Part shown: positions 42,984 through 55,060 of the stretch, piece after piece
How the letters are laid out: each line of letters opens with the position of its first letter
Position numbering within the stretch: the stretch's first letter is position 1
The notes under the pieces: generated by a model
The model's database searches: none
What the model was told of the DNA's origin: nothing
What the model saw: only the letters and a program-made list of their open reading frames with translations
DNA from: an uncultured virus (IMG/VR IMGVR_UViG_3300036944_000852)
Lineage: Duplodnaviria > Heunggongvirae > Uroviricota > Caudoviricetes
Reading direction: 5' to 3' (one strand)
DNA: 64,000 nucleotides
Virus record (IMG/VR): IMGVR_UViG_3300036944_000852
Position numbers and translations under genes: made by a program

Positions 42984-45900
42984 TGCCACTGAATTTTCCA
43001 GATAGCCCGAGTGTTGGTCAGCAGTTTTCATCTGGCGACTACGTGTGGGAGTGGACCGGCTCAGTTTGGTCAGCAGTTGTTACCGAATCGGCTGTCGGAC
43101 CTACCGGCCCAACTGGTGCAACCGGCGCGGCTAGCACCGTACCTGGACCAACAGGGTCAACAGGACCTCAGGGTGCGACTGGTCCTCAGGGTATTCAGGG
43201 TGCGACTGGCCCACAGGGCGTGCAAGGAGTCACTGGACCAACTGGAGCTCAAGGTATCCAGGGCACTCAAGGCGAGCAAGGCTTACAGGGAGTCCAAGGC
43301 GCGACCGGCCCAACAGGGTCAGTAGGTCCAACTGGTGCACAAGGTACCACCGGACCAATAGGAGCTACAGGACCGCAAGGTGTTCAAGGCCTAATTGGAG
43401 CTACAGGACCACAGGGTGAAGTAGGGCCAATTGGCGCAACTGGAGCTACCGGACCTCGTGGGGAGATTGGTGAAACCGGTCCTCAAGGTGACGAGGGAAT
43501 TCAAGGCGAGCAAGGAATCCAGGGCGAAACTGGTCCTACAGGTGCTACTGGACCGCAAGGCGAGCAAGGTATCCAAGGTGTCACCGGCCCAACCGGCCCA
43601 ACTGGAGCAACTGGTCAGGGAATTGAAGTCTTGGGTAGCTACGCAACTATCGAAGATTTACAAGCTGCGCACCCTACCGGCAACCCAGGAGATGCTTATC
43701 TAATTGCTGGAGACCTATGGGTTTGGGACGTACACACCAGCGCATGGTTGCTTATCGGTGAGATTCAAGGTCCAACTGGAGCTACCGGTCCTACTGGACC
43801 TCAGGGAGACCAAGGTATACAGGGCGAGCCTGGCCCAACCGGTGCATCTGGAGCAGATGGTGTTGATGGTTCAGAGGGTGCAACGGGCCCAACGGGACCT
43901 CAGGGTGATCAAGGTATTCAGGGAGAAACTGGCGAAACCGGCCCTCAGGGCGAAGTTGGAGCAACTGGACCTACTGGAGCAACTGGCGAGCAGGGTGCTC
44001 AAGGTGTTCAGGGTTTGCAGGGTATTCAAGGTGACACCGGGCCAACAGGGTCTGCTGGTTTAGACGGTGCCTCGTTCCAAATCCTAGGCACGTTCGCCAC
44101 TGAAGAAGAGTTTAATTTATCCATACAGTCCGGCGAGGCGGGAGTGGCTTACATTGTTGCTGGCCACTTATTCTTCTGGAATACTTCAACTGAAGTTTAC
44201 GATGATTTAGGTTCTATCCTAGGACCAACTGGCCCACAGGGCGCAGTCGGCGCAACTGGTTCGACTGGCGAAACTGGCCCAACGGGTGCTGCTGGTATAG
44301 ATGGCTCTACAGGTCCAGCCGGTGCTACTGGAAACACTGGACCAGCCGGACAAACCGGACCAGCAGGTGGCACAGGTCCAACTGGAGCAACAGGAGATAC
44401 TGGTCCAGCAGGTCCCGCAGGAGATACTGGTCCAGCAGGCCCTACCGGGAACACTGGTCCAGCAGGGTCGGGAATAGAGGAGGATGTTTATCCTCTAGGC
44501 TCTGGTAGAAATACGATAGTTGGACCATTTACCGAAGGTGACTACATTCTCTCATTCGAGGGTAGCGGCGAGGTAGTGTTGCACAGCTACAACGGAAACT
44601 TGCCTAGCCTATACCCAGTAGCTGAGATACCTAACGTCACGGAGTACGCTAAATATAGAATTACTTTAACTAGTGGCGTAGACGGGTTTGTCTCCCTCTC
44701 GACATTTGCTGGTAACGTATCTGTCCAGGCAGCAGCAGCTGACGTAATCAATGCCTCAATCGGCACTATAGCCATTCCAGCATCAACATGGACAGCTCAG
44801 CCTTCAAGAGTGTTTATACCAGGAACCTCTGATGTGCAGCTAAGAATACTTGAATACTTCAATGAGTTCGGCTTCGTGGGTATGAACACCGGACAGTTTA
44901 ATGGAGTCTTTAGATCTACAGACGGCTACACCTGGACTTATCAGGCTGTCATAGGCATGAGTGGTAGCGCATCTGGAATTGCTTACGGCTCTGGCAAGGG
45001 AATTGTAATAACTACATACACCGGTGGCTTTGCATTCTCCGAGGATTCAGTTGCATGGACTGCAGTTGCACACCCTGGCACAAGTAATGACTATGTAGCC
45101 AGCGTAGCTTTTGCGCAAGGAGTATTTGTCGCAGTAGCGGGTAACGGGACAATCTTCAGGTCTACCGACGGACTCAATTGGGCATCTAGCACCCCGCTAA
45201 CCTCTGGTGCATATAGATACAAAATTCTGAGCAATGGCACACGTCTTGTAGTTATCTCTAGTGGCAAGGTCGAGTACTCAGATGACGCCGGCCTCAGCTG
45301 GGTAGACATTTCGGTAGCTAACATATCATCTGACGCTAGTGCTAGATATATGAATAACATATTCGTAACCTATGGTGGCTCGTCTTCACCTGGATCAAAC
45401 ATCTACCACACGTCTCCAGATGGAGTTAACTGGACCCAGAGAACCATGCCAGCAACATCAACCTGGTATAACATTGCCTACGGCAACGGGCTATACTCAG
45501 CTGTCAGCTATGACGGAGCATACTCCTACACATCGACCGACTTAATCTCTTGGACTCAAAGAACTTCACCATCGTCTGTAGGTCTAGTCACGATTGCAAT
45601 GGGCTACGCCTTTGGTGCAGGTAGGTTTATAGCTGGTGGCTGGTGGTCACCGCTATGGGTGACATCAACTGACGCTTCTTCGTGGTCAGTTCTAGGTAAT
45701 GTACCAGGCCAGCTTACGTACTATGGCTTGTCAGTTGCAGGGTCTCGCTTGTATCTATGTACTGACACTGTAAATGCGTTCTACTCTGATGATAGCGGTT
45801 CAACCTGGACCACCATAACAATGCCAGCAGACGAGCTATACTACGTGGCCTACAAATCTGGAATATACGTCGCTATTGGTTACGGCAATCACGTGTACAC

Positions 45901-47488
45901 CTCTGCAACTGGAACAGGTAGCTGGACTCAGCGCAGCTTCGCTGGACTACCTAACAGCGGGACTTGGTATGCGAATGGTTTAATCCACAACGGTACGACA
46001 TTCGTTACATATAGCTACTTTGGAAACTATACTTACTACTACACATCTACGGATGGCATTACTTGGACTCAGCGCACTTGGCCGAGCCTATCCCAGAATA
46101 CTGGCCCAAATAGCGCCATCTGGGACGGATCTAAATTTGTAGCCCCTATGTATGGCGACAACTCTGTTTACACCTCTACTGATGGCACTAACTGGACAAG
46201 AACTTCACTCTCGTATAGTTATGGAAGTATCGCATACGGTAACGGCAAGTACGTGATGACGCGGTCTAGTGGAAGAATAGCGTATTCATCTAATGGCACT
46301 TCTTGGACAGAGACAACAATATCTTGGCCAGACTCTAACAGCCACACAGTGTCTTTCGGTGACGGTGTATTTGCTCTAACCAGTACGGAAACCACGGCTG
46401 CTGCCTACTCTGCAGACGGCATAACTTGGCAATCAGTTACACTCCCAACTATAGGTAGATTCTGGCACACACTAAAGCCATCAGCTGGTGATACGGTGCC
46501 TTCTGGTAAATTGTTGGTAGCTGGCTATGCAAGTTCTATTATAGAGAGCTCCAACTCAGGCGTAACTTGGTCAACATTCCATGCCCCATCTACTTATGGT
46601 GGAGGAAAAATAACATACTCCAATGGAATGTTTATGGGGGCGTCCGGCTCGGCCTCGGATTATATTTATGTTTCTGGTGACGGAATCAACTGGAGCAGGC
46701 AGACAATGCCTGGATCACAGATTTGGATTCCTGGTGCATATAATCCTCAAACTAAGAAGTATGTATTTGTAGGTAAAAATACATCATCTGTTGCTTACAA
46801 CTCATCGTCATCTACGACATGGTCAACTGCAACACTACCTAGCTCCCAAGCGTGGTCAGAAGTTACTTACAGCAGCGAATTGGGTATATACCTAGTGTCT
46901 GCAGTCGGATCTACCGCGGCAGCTATATCTAGTAACCTCACGAACTGGACCTCGGTGACACTACCAGTTTCACCTAGCAGTCCCGTGTCTGCAGTTGATG
47001 GTAGATTCTACTTATTCGTAGATAACTCGGCAACAGCATACTATTCAAGCAATGGCTCCACTTGGGCTTCGATGTCAATCCCATCTACGGTCACATGGAC
47101 TCAGGTATTCGGTGGAGTAGATAATACAAACTATGTAATATTTAGCCGAACCAGCCTAACTTCCATGTACTCAAGTAATGGTACTACTTGGCTACAAGCG
47201 CCGCTAAAAACTAGATTTGATGCAGTAACTAACACAAACTGGATTAAAGGCGCATATTTCGGTAATGTCTATGTTGTAGTTGGTTACGGAACTTACTTGG
47301 GTGAAACCTATAACATTGCAGCAGTATCGTACGACGGAGTTGACTGGGAGTTTGTCCCTATGGGCCTAGCTAATGGGGGTACATCCCTAATTGTTGGTAC
47401 CGACGGGGTATCTAAACTCTCAGTAGCAACATCAAGACCAGAAAGATCTTACACTGCATCTAGTGTTGGATCAGTAACTATAGCTTAG
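42983..47488 (+). CDS. Collagen-like fibre with C-terminal Asp-box/BNR-type beta-propeller region (1501 aa)
   Basis: About 490 aa of Gly-X-Y stalk, then many S.DG..WT and IAYGNG repeats. Confidence 0.85.
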   Translation: MPLNFPDSPSVGQQFSSGDYVWEWTGSVWSAVVTESAVGPTGPTGATGAASTVPGPTGSTGPQGATGPQGIQGATGPQGVQGVTGPTGAQGIQGTQGEQGLQGVQGATGPTGSVGPTGAQGTTGPIGATGPQGVQGLIGATGPQGEVGPIGATGATGPRGEIGETGPQGDEGIQGEQGIQGETGPTGATGPQGEQGIQGVTGPTGPTGATGQGIEVLGSYATIEDLQAAHPTGNPGDAYLIAGDLWVWDVHTSAWLLIGEIQGPTGATGPTGPQGDQGIQGEPGPTGASGADGVDGSEGATGPTGPQGDQGIQGETGETGPQGEVGATGPTGATGEQGAQGVQGLQGIQGDTGPTGSAGLDGASFQILGTFATEEEFNLSIQSGEAGVAYIVAGHLFFWNTSTEVYDDLGSILGPTGPQGAVGATGSTGETGPTGAAGIDGSTGPAGATGNTGPAGQTGPAGGTGPTGATGDTGPAGPAGDTGPAGPTGNTGPAGSGIEEDVYPLGSGRNTIVGPFTEGDYILSFEGSGEVVLHSYNGNLPSLYPVAEIPNVTEYAKYRITLTSGVDGFVSLSTFAGNVSVQAAAADVINASIGTIAIPASTWTAQPSRVFIPGTSDVQLRILEYFNEFGFVGMNTGQFNGVFRSTDGYTWTYQAVIGMSGSASGIAYGSGKGIVITTYTGGFAFSEDSVAWTAVAHPGTSNDYVASVAFAQGVFVAVAGNGTIFRSTDGLNWASSTPLTSGAYRYKILSNGTRLVVISSGKVEYSDDAGLSWVDISVANISSDASARYMNNIFVTYGGSSSPGSNIYHTSPDGVNWTQRTMPATSTWYNIAYGNGLYSAVSYDGAYSYTSTDLISWTQRTSPSSVGLVTIAMGYAFGAGRFIAGGWWSPLWVTSTDASSWSVLGNVPGQLTYYGLSVAGSRLYLCTDTVNAFYSDDSGSTWTTITMPADELYYVAYKSGIYVAIGYGNHVYTSATGTGSWTQRSFAGLPNSGTWYANGLIHNGTTFVTYSYFGNYTYYYTSTDGITWTQRTWPSLSQNTGPNSAIWDGSKFVAPMYGDNSVYTSTDGTNWTRTSLSYSYGSIAYGNGKYVMTRSSGRIAYSSNGTSWTETTISWPDSNSHTVSFGDGVFALTSTETTAAAYSADGITWQSVTLPTIGRFWHTLKPSAGDTVPSGKLLVAGYASSIIESSNSGVTWSTFHAPSTYGGGKITYSNGMFMGASGSASDYIYVSGDGINWSRQTMPGSQIWIPGAYNPQTKKYVFVGKNTSSVAYNSSSSTTWSTATLPSSQAWSEVTYSSELGIYLVSAVGSTAAAISSNLTNWTSVTLPVSPSSPVSAVDGRFYLFVDNSATAYYSSNGSTWASMSIPSTVTWTQVFGGVDNTNYVIFSRTSLTSMYSSNGTTWLQAPLKTRFDAVTNTNWIKGAYFGNVYVVVGYGTYLGETYNIAAVSYDGVDWEFVPMGLANGGTSLIVGTDGVSKLSVATSRPERSYTASSVGSVTIA

Positions 47489-47497
47489 GATTAAACT

Positions 47498-47752
47498 ATG
47501 AGATATAACGTAGATCAGAGCACAAAAGAAGTAAGAGTGTACGACTCTAATGATGTTGAAATCTTGTACCAGCCAACATGGCCAGACGGTACAGAGTGGG
47601 CATCTTCAGCTGAAGCTGAAACTTGGGTTAGTCAGTATCTGTTAAGCAGATCAGATATGTCGGCAGAACTAGCAGGCCCTTCTCCAGACAGACCTACGGT
47701 ACCTAGACCGCCAGTACTGCCGAAGCCAATTATCCCTGGAACAGAAGAGTAA
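47498..47752 (+). CDS. Small protein after the fibre gene (possible assembly chaperone)
   Basis: AGGA RBS; QP.WPDG..W....AE.W; position directly after the fibre. Confidence 0.55.
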   Translation: MRYNVDQSTKEVRVYDSNDVEILYQPTWPDGTEWASSAEAETWVSQYLLSRSDMSAELAGPSPDRPTVPRPPVLPKPIIPGTEE

Positions 47753-48148
47753 TTAACTAGCCTTCTTGCGTCTAATTGGCCTACTAATAGGTCGGTCTAC
47801 TGGTTCAATTAGATTGCCATCGTTAGAAGCATAATTTTGCTGAGATGTAATTGAAGTTGAAGCGTTGTGCAGGCCTAAAGTTAAGTCTTTAATAAACTCG
47901 ATCTCAGTCGAGACCTTAACAACATGCTTCTCGATATTGTTGACTCGATCGGCTAGAGAGCTTCCGCCATTCTCCCAAAGCTGGTGCTCTACCCGCTCCA
48001 TTCGATCAGACATTGTTCTGCCCTTTTGATCTATACCGAGAGCGCCATCAATTCTTTTGGCAATTCGATACACAGCAACTACCGCGCCTATTAGTACACC
48101 AAAAGATGTGATTGTGGCAGCGACGGCCATGATTAGTTCGTTAGTCAT
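47753..48148 (-). CDS. Single-pass membrane protein (holin/lysis-associated type)
   Basis: N-terminal transmembrane helix followed by NGGSSLADRV and a coiled coil. Confidence 0.6.
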   Translation of the reverse strand: MTNELIMAVAATITSFGVLIGAVVAVYRIAKRIDGALGIDQKGRTMSDRMERVEHQLWENGGSSLADRVNNIEKHVVKVSTEIEFIKDLTLGLHNASTSITSQQNYASNDGNLIEPVDRPISRPIRRKKAS

Positions 48149-48378
48149 GTATACTAGTTCCTACTGGATCCTGCGATTAGATTTGCCTTGATCCATTTTA
48201 CCCTATTAGGGTCCCCCTGATTGGGAGAGGTCTAGCCGTTAAGTCGGTCACAACTCCAATCTTCTTAACATCTTTCGCGTTTTAATTTGCAAACGCAACT
48301 GAAGGGTGTATGCTGATTAAAGATTTTGAGTTGGAGAGAAAAAATGCGCATTTCTTGCACCATTAAGGCGGCCCAGTT

Positions 48379-51054
48379 ATGGAGCTAAACGCCTGGGACA
48401 AAGCCAATGGAAGACTATTGCCTGCTGCTAAGTGGTATGCAGAGCATGGCTGGCACGTATTACCAGTACATGGCATACAGGGCGGGAAGTGCACCTGTGG
48501 CAAATCCCACATGGATGCCAAAGAGCGCGGTAAGCACCCAGCATCGCAGAGCGGTCAAAAAGACGCCACTACTGACATAGCTAAGATCGAGCAGTGGTGG
48601 AGCGACAACCCAGAGTTTAATATCGGAATGTACGCCGGTCCTTCTGGATTTTTTGTAATCGACATTGACCCGCGGCATGACGGCGATAAGTCGTTTGACA
48701 AGCTTATGGATCGAGCTTTAGGTGAACTACCGCCAACTGTAGAAGCCGTCACTGGCGTTTGGGGCGAACGCGGAACTCGTGGCCGTCACCTAATATATAA
48801 GTGCGATCCTAACGAGAAATTTATTGGAAACTTCAACAAAGAGGGTCTTCCAGGTATTGACATTAAGCACAACGGTTATGTGCTCATTGCTCCCTCAAGG
48901 CACGCTTCTGGTGTTTGTTATGAATGGAAGCCAGGTCATGCACCGTGGGAGATGGAAGTAGCCGAAGCTCCAGAAGAACTACTAGCAGTAATTCGCGCAA
49001 AGAGTCTAAGAAGTAACGGAACTAGCACTTCATACCAAACCGGCAGCTGGGACTTCTTGTATGACCTAACGGTTAAGGGCGAGAAGCTAGACATAGATGG
49101 GATGCTAGCTGAAGGCCTACAAGAAGGCGAACGTGCGATCGGTCTATATAAGTTAGCCTGTGGTCTATCTAATAAATTTGGAACAGACGAAGCAGGACGC
49201 CACGCTGTTGAGTCCACAATGCTTAGATTTAATGCCGAGATGGTAAATCCACCTATGCACGTTGAGGGTCAAAACGGAGTTTTGATGCACACTCGGCGAG
49301 CACTCGACTGGGTCTCAAACAACCCTAAGTATGACTTGTTCTGGAACGATCTTAGCGACTGGGTTAAAACTCAGGGCATGTCATGGGCCGGCAATGTGAC
49401 AGATGCGTTCTCTAAGCCTTCAACATCTAAAGATGCATTCGACTACAGCACCTCTATAATCATCACTACAGATGACGATAGCGTATCTATACCTACAGCC
49501 AACGCAGTAGGCGAGCAGATGGCCTCGTTTGCGGCTCAAGGTAAAGGTCTTAAAGAAGTAGCTCTAGGTGGAAACTTAAACCTACCAAAAGATGTTGACG
49601 CTATCTCCAGCGAAGCTGGTGGACGCCCTGGATATCGAAGCTTAACTGATGTTGGAAACGGCAGACGCTTAGTTGACTCCTTTGGCGCTAGCGTTAGATA
49701 CACTCCCAACGTGGGTTGGTTTGTTTGGGACGGCAATTATTGGAAGCCTGACACCCAAATGAAATCCGTTAAAGAAGTCAGCAAGATGGTTTCCACTGTT
49801 GTGGCTAGTGAAGTTGCACTATATCCGTCTGACGACCCAAAAGCCGCGGACCTTGTTAAGCACGCAAATAAAGCTAAATCCAACTCAGGCATCGAAAATA
49901 TGATCTCCCAGGCGTCTTCTGACGAGAGAATTCAGGTAGTAGTAGAAGAGTGGGACAACAACCCCTACCTACTCGGTGTGAAAAATGGAGTTGTAGATCT
50001 TCGTACCGGAGAGCTTAAAGCCGGTAGACCAGATTTGCACCTAACAAAAAGATCCCCTATCCCTTACACTCCAGGCTTAAGAAACATCAGATGGGAATCA
50101 TTCCTAACTGAAGCCACTAAGGGCGATGTTGAACTTCAGGAGTGGCTACAACGAGCAGTTGGCTACACACTTACTGGCCTAAATAGCCAGGATATTATGT
50201 TTCTAATTTATGGTCCGCCAGGATCCGGTAAGAACACGTTTATCGAAACAGTATTTGAAGCTCTAGGAAAGTCTGAATACGCGTGGGCCCTGGACTCAAA
50301 CATCTTAGCGTTGGGTGATCGAATAAGCTCAACAGATGAGTACCACATGGCGGAGCTCCGAGGACGCCGCATGATCTGGGTCGACGAGCTGCCTGAGTCA
50401 GAACGCATTAAAGAGAACCAGGTAAAGAAGTTGACGGGTTCTGGGACTATTCAAGGACGTTCACCGGGCGAGCGACCAATTCAGTTCACGTCTCAGGGTA
50501 AGCTTTGGATTTCTACTAACCACAGGCCGATCATCACTGACGATGCAATGTGGCGTCGTATGCGTCCAATTCCTCTAATCAATAAGCCAGAAAAGCCAGA
50601 CACTACTCTTAAGCCTTATCTGGCGGATCCAGAGGGCGCACTTCCTGCAGTCCTATCGTGGGCAATTGATGGCGCGGTTAAATACTTAACATCGAGTCAG
50701 CTAGACCCGCTCGGATGGTGTTCGGTTGTCAAAGAAGCGCATGATTCGTATAAAAAGAATGAAGACAGAATTGGTGCATTCCTAGAAGAAGAAGCCAGAG
50801 AGTCACCAGAGGGCAGCCTAAATCTGAGCGATCTCTACAGGTTATACAAAATGTGGAGCGAAGCCAGAGGCGAGAGGCCGCTTTCGCAGATAGGCTTCAC
50901 TAGAAAATTTGCTGACAGAGGCTTAATTGTTGAAGGTACAGGAACCAGGGCGATATTGAAGGGCTACATAATGATGCCTAGAGAAGTGCCTCAAGCCCCC
51001 GTGATAGACTTTAGCCAGCACGTAAAATACGCAGCCCCCAACGTAAGTATCTAG
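48379..51054 (+). CDS. Bifunctional primase/polymerase + D5/P4-type SF3 helicase
   Basis: GKHP, NIG, VIDID, RHL.Y, GIDIK..GYV..PS.H; LTD.GN..R; GPPGSGKNT, VDE, STNH.P. Confidence 0.92.
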   Translation: MELNAWDKANGRLLPAAKWYAEHGWHVLPVHGIQGGKCTCGKSHMDAKERGKHPASQSGQKDATTDIAKIEQWWSDNPEFNIGMYAGPSGFFVIDIDPRHDGDKSFDKLMDRALGELPPTVEAVTGVWGERGTRGRHLIYKCDPNEKFIGNFNKEGLPGIDIKHNGYVLIAPSRHASGVCYEWKPGHAPWEMEVAEAPEELLAVIRAKSLRSNGTSTSYQTGSWDFLYDLTVKGEKLDIDGMLAEGLQEGERAIGLYKLACGLSNKFGTDEAGRHAVESTMLRFNAEMVNPPMHVEGQNGVLMHTRRALDWVSNNPKYDLFWNDLSDWVKTQGMSWAGNVTDAFSKPSTSKDAFDYSTSIIITTDDDSVSIPTANAVGEQMASFAAQGKGLKEVALGGNLNLPKDVDAISSEAGGRPGYRSLTDVGNGRRLVDSFGASVRYTPNVGWFVWDGNYWKPDTQMKSVKEVSKMVSTVVASEVALYPSDDPKAADLVKHANKAKSNSGIENMISQASSDERIQVVVEEWDNNPYLLGVKNGVVDLRTGELKAGRPDLHLTKRSPIPYTPGLRNIRWESFLTEATKGDVELQEWLQRAVGYTLTGLNSQDIMFLIYGPPGSGKNTFIETVFEALGKSEYAWALDSNILALGDRISSTDEYHMAELRGRRMIWVDELPESERIKENQVKKLTGSGTIQGRSPGERPIQFTSQGKLWISTNHRPIITDDAMWRRMRPIPLINKPEKPDTTLKPYLADPEGALPAVLSWAIDGAVKYLTSSQLDPLGWCSVVKEAHDSYKKNEDRIGAFLEEEARESPEGSLNLSDLYRLYKMWSEARGERPLSQIGFTRKFADRGLIVEGTGTRAILKGYIMMPREVPQAPVIDFSQHVKYAAPNVSI

Positions 51055-51061
51055 GAGAGAT

Positions 51062-51898
51062 ATGAAACTATTTATTGCAACACCAATGTATGGCGGAATC
51101 GCTAAAAATAACTACACTATCTCCTTACAAAACTTAATAGTAAAATTAAGCAAAGCCGGATACTCTGTAACTACTACGACAGTAGGAAACGAGAGCCTTA
51201 TTACTAGAGCGAGAAATACTCTTGTTCACAAGTTTATGAACTCTGATTGCGAAGCACTGCTGTTTATTGACGCGGACCACGGCTGGAATGCAGACGATGT
51301 TCTAAAAATGATCGAGTCTGGCAAGGACTTTATTGGCGCGATTTACCCGATGAAGGGCATCAACTGGGAGAACGTACGGTTGGCGGCTCAACTAAATAAG
51401 GAAAATCTAGAGGCATACTCGGGACATTTTGCACTTAACTTTTTAGATGAAGAGCAGAAGTTCGAAGTCAATGAGCCATTTAAGGTAAAAGATATCGGCA
51501 CTGGAATGCTCTTCTTGACTAGAAAAGTGTTTGAAGACTTAAAGCCGCACTGCAAGCAGTACAAAAACAATAATGTCGGCAATACCGGAATCGAGTTCGG
51601 TGGGATGGTGACAGAGTACTTCACTACTTTTGTTGACGAGAATCAGATTCTTTTGTCTGAAGACTATGCCCTATGTAGAATGTGGCAGGCAATTGATGGA
51701 GAAGTCTGGTCAGCGCCGTGGGTAAGAATCACTCACTCGGGTGACTACAACTTCTCTGGTCAGTTCGCCAATATGCTTGAGATAAACCAGGAGCGACAGA
51801 ATATCCTAAAGAAGATTGAAACCGACATGGGGCAAGCACCTGGCGATCTAGTAGAAGAACCTACAGAAGCAGAAAATAAAGAACCTTCAGAGCAGTAA
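51062..51898 (+). CDS. GT-A fold glycosyltransferase-like protein
   Basis: IATPMYGG, ESLITRARN, LLFIDAD (DxD), GTG.L...R.VF, LSEDY..C..W. Confidence 0.6.
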   Translation: MKLFIATPMYGGIAKNNYTISLQNLIVKLSKAGYSVTTTTVGNESLITRARNTLVHKFMNSDCEALLFIDADHGWNADDVLKMIESGKDFIGAIYPMKGINWENVRLAAQLNKENLEAYSGHFALNFLDEEQKFEVNEPFKVKDIGTGMLFLTRKVFEDLKPHCKQYKNNNVGNTGIEFGGMVTEYFTTFVDENQILLSEDYALCRMWQAIDGEVWSAPWVRITHSGDYNFSGQFANMLEINQERQNILKKIETDMGQAPGDLVEEPTEAENKEPSEQ

Positions 51899-51985
51899 GA
51901 CATCGCCTAAATATTTCAAAAAATATTGCATGATTTGTTCGTGTGTGTAGTAGCATAATCTTAAGCTCTAATTTAAGGAGAGACC

Positions 51986-52252
51986 ATGGCTCTAGCTGAA
52001 CGCCTTCGTGCAGCTACAGAAACCTATCACAATACCTTTATCTGTAAGTTGATGCAGGTAACCTTAGACCCCAAACTCACTCGGGATGACGTAGACGCCC
52101 TGATTAAGATTATTAACTCAAGACCACTTGACGAGGAGCATGTGCCGAACGTTCGACTCTCACAGGCTCTGCGTGACGAGGGTTATGATATAAGCGCAAG
52201 TGCAGTAGATAGACACCGTCGCGGTACATGTTCATGCAATAGGCTAAAGTAG
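51986..52252 (+). CDS. Hypothetical protein
   Basis: AAGGAG RBS; L..EG..IS...V.RHRRG.C.C. Confidence 0.65.
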   Translation: MALAERLRAATETYHNTFICKLMQVTLDPKLTRDDVDALIKIINSRPLDEEHVPNVRLSQALRDEGYDISASAVDRHRRGTCSCNRLK

Positions 52253-52260
52253 GGAGACTC

Positions 52261-53457
52261 ATGAGCCTGTCAGAAAAATTAGAAAAGTTACGCTCACCGG
52301 GGCAGAGCGGATCTGACGTTAGAGTTACAAAAACACCAGAAGACTGGCGTCCCCGAATGGACTTGGACACAGCTAGAGGTGGTTTTGTTGTAGGAAGCCC
52401 TAGAGCAGCTGGAGAAATTACAGACGCCTCTACGGTACTAGAAGAGTTTGGTCTTAGCCACCAAGAGTGGTCCGTAACCTCTATGCGAAGAGGCAAGTGG
52501 CAAAAACACGATGGCGACTGGCTAGAGTCAGTCCGTGTGAATTTAGTACCTGCTACAGGCTCGGTTGGGGATCAACTAGATGTAGAAAAACTATCAGATC
52601 AACTAAAAAAGTGGCGTCCAGCTAAAGGTATAAAGAAATCTACCGGCTCTGGCGCTTTTTTAATTGGAGCTGCAGACCAGCAGATTGGTAAAAAAGCCAA
52701 CGGCTCCGGGACAGAACAATCAATAGATAGAATTTTAACCCTGACAGAGAAAGCGGTGAACAGGTTTGAAGCTTATAAAAAGGCTGGTATTTCTCCTGGA
52801 ACTATATGCTTGGCGCTACTCGGCGATCACGTGGAAGGAAACGTCAGCCAAGGCGGACGACTCCAAGGATTAGCAGCATCTGACTTAGGTCTAACAGAGC
52901 AGACTAGAGTTGCACGTCGCCTTCTACTTGCACAAATAAAGGCACTAGCACCTCTAGTTGACAGACTTATTGTTCCTGTAATTAACGGAAACCACGACGA
53001 GGTAACTCGTCAGGTAGCTGCAGATCCAGCAGATGGCTGGAACGTAGAGATTGCTTCTGCGGTGCAAGACATATGTGCGGAAAACCCTGAACTAGCTCAC
53101 GTTGAGTTTAGGTATCCAAGTTCTGGACACCAGACCCTAACAGTGGACGTTGAAGGCACAATGCTGGGCCTATTCCACGGGCACCAAGCAAACCAAAACA
53201 ACGTTATGAAGTACCTTTCACAGCAAGCAGCCGGCCAGACCGCACTAGGCGGGGCCGATGTTTGGATCTCTGGACACTTCCACAATTTCAGAGCTATGGA
53301 CATCGGAGAACGATTGTGGCTCCAGTGCCCAACCACAGACCCAGGGAGCGAGTGGTTCCGCGATAGAGCAGGTATGGAATCTAAGCCAGGACTGCTGACA
53401 ATGGTAATCGGCGGAGAGTATAACTCTAGAGAGTTCATATCGGTACTAGGCTTATAA
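52261..53457 (+). CDS. Calcineurin-like metallophosphoesterase
   Basis: AD.QIGK, LGD.VEG, GNHD, FHGH, GHFH. Confidence 0.8.
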   Translation: MSLSEKLEKLRSPGQSGSDVRVTKTPEDWRPRMDLDTARGGFVVGSPRAAGEITDASTVLEEFGLSHQEWSVTSMRRGKWQKHDGDWLESVRVNLVPATGSVGDQLDVEKLSDQLKKWRPAKGIKKSTGSGAFLIGAADQQIGKKANGSGTEQSIDRILTLTEKAVNRFEAYKKAGISPGTICLALLGDHVEGNVSQGGRLQGLAASDLGLTEQTRVARRLLLAQIKALAPLVDRLIVPVINGNHDEVTRQVAADPADGWNVEIASAVQDICAENPELAHVEFRYPSSGHQTLTVDVEGTMLGLFHGHQANQNNVMKYLSQQAAGQTALGGADVWISGHFHNFRAMDIGERLWLQCPTTDPGSEWFRDRAGMESKPGLLTMVIGGEYNSREFISVLGL

Positions 53458-53458
53458 A

Positions 53459-54091
53459 GTGGAAAAAAACTTTTTTAAAATACACGTAGGCAGTCTCGCT
53501 AGAAGTGGTAGCACTTACTTAAGATACTTAATAGAAAACCAGTATGATTCGCCGCTTAAGACTCAGAAGAGCCACAACCCAAAAGAGCATGAAGCTAGAG
53601 CTGATAGAGATTTTAGCTGTGATGAATTTGTCTTTGCAGTTAGAGCCCCAATAGACACTTTGAAGTCGCAACTAGTGTGGAGATTGGTTGATAAGCCACT
53701 TGATCGCGATTTAGTCAGATCCGTATTAAATGAGGCTTCGCACCTCTGGGAGGTAGTGCTCAGTGCCCCCGAGGAGTTTTTTATCGTTGACTTCGAGGCA
53801 ATTACATCAAAAGAATCAGAGATAATGGCTGCTCTAGAGGCTAAACACCCTTCCTTGCTGGATCTAAAGTCAAAAACGTCTTTAACTACAGATAATGTTA
53901 AGTCAAAGCTTGAGTACTCTAGTAAGGACGGCCTAGGCCCTATCGAATACATAGAGCGAGGACACTTACCTAGACAGGCGTCCAATAACAGTGATTTGGT
54001 GGAGTCCGAATTGGCTTCTAAGTTCTATACTCACAGAATTAATTACCTAGAAAGTCTTTATCAAGAATTAATTAGCCGCAAGGAGGCGTAG
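53459..54091 (+). CDS. Sulfotransferase-like protein
   Basis: ARSGSTYL (5'-PSB-like), KSH, VR.P.D..S (3'-PB-like), V.FE. Confidence 0.5.
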   Translation: MEKNFFKIHVGSLARSGSTYLRYLIENQYDSPLKTQKSHNPKEHEARADRDFSCDEFVFAVRAPIDTLKSQLVWRLVDKPLDRDLVRSVLNEASHLWEVVLSAPEEFFIVDFEAITSKESEIMAALEAKHPSLLDLKSKTSLTTDNVKSKLEYSSKDGLGPIEYIERGHLPRQASNNSDLVESELASKFYTHRINYLESLYQELISRKEA

Positions 54092-54092
54092 T

Positions 54093-54857
54093 TTGATAGT
54101 TTTACTATTCGGCCTACCAGGATCAGGAAAAACTGCGCTAGCCGAAAAGCTCCTTGAGCATGTTGACGCTATCCACATCAATGCAGATCAAGTTAGAGCC
54201 GATCTTAGCTCAGATCTAGGGTTCTCCATAGCGGACAGGCTAGAGCAAGCCAGAAGAGTAGGCGCGGTATCTAGGCTACTATCCGATCAAGGCAAAGTTG
54301 TGATTGCTGATTTCGTAAACCCAACCTCGGAAACACGGGCAGCATTTGGCGAAGCCGCCCTTAAGGTCTGGGTCAATAGGATAGATAAAGGTAGATTCGA
54401 AGATACGAACTCTATTTGGCAGGTACCAGCCACCACTGACTATGATCTAGAAGTAACTAGCGGGCTGTCGCTAGAAGAAGAGAAAAATCTAATTTTAGAA
54501 AAGACCGGTCTCATTGACTGGAAAAAACCAACAACACTGATGCTGGGCAGGTACCAACCTTGGCACGAGGGACACGAGGCACTGAAGGATGAAGCACACA
54601 AAAGAACCGATCAAGTCCTCGTGGGTATCCGGGATACTCACGGCACTTCGGAAAAAGATCCACTTACTTATGACGAAGTTGTCGGATACATACATCAAAA
54701 TAGCAAAGGACGAGTGGGGACTCTAATCCTGAAGCTCCCCAACATCACAAACATCGTGTACGGCAGAGATGTCGGTTACAAGATTGAAAAGATTGAACTT
54801 AGCCCAGAGATGCAGGAAATCTCTGCTACTAAGAAGCGCGAGGAACTAGGGCTATAA
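54093..54857 (+). CDS. cysC: Adenylylsulfate kinase-like domain fused to an HxGH nucleotidyltransferase domain
   Basis: GLPGSGKT, NAD.VR..L..DLGFS..DR; C-terminal LGRYQPWHEGH. Confidence 0.75.
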   Translation: MIVLLFGLPGSGKTALAEKLLEHVDAIHINADQVRADLSSDLGFSIADRLEQARRVGAVSRLLSDQGKVVIADFVNPTSETRAAFGEAALKVWVNRIDKGRFEDTNSIWQVPATTDYDLEVTSGLSLEEEKNLILEKTGLIDWKKPTTLMLGRYQPWHEGHEALKDEAHKRTDQVLVGIRDTHGTSEKDPLTYDEVVGYIHQNSKGRVGTLILKLPNITNIVYGRDVGYKIEKIELSPEMQEISATKKREELGL

Positions 54858-55060
54858 TGCTTTACTCTAGAAAAATTTCTATCACTAAAGCCTTAACTTA
54901 CAGACTTTGGCAAAGCATAAATACTTTTTTGATTGCCCTACTTTTTACTGGCAAATTTGAAACAGCTGCGCAAATAGTCAGCGTCGAGGTTGTTGTAAAA
55001 GTTGTGGTGTACTATTGGCACGAACGCATCTGGGCAAGGATAGGCAAAAACAAGAAGTGA
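54857..55060 (+). CDS. DUF2061-like small membrane protein
   Basis: S..KA.TYR......T......TG...A......E...K..YY.HERIW. Confidence 0.75.
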   Translation: MLYSRKISITKALTYRLWQSINTFLIALLFTGKFETAAQIVSVEVVVKVVVYYWHERIWARIGKNKK

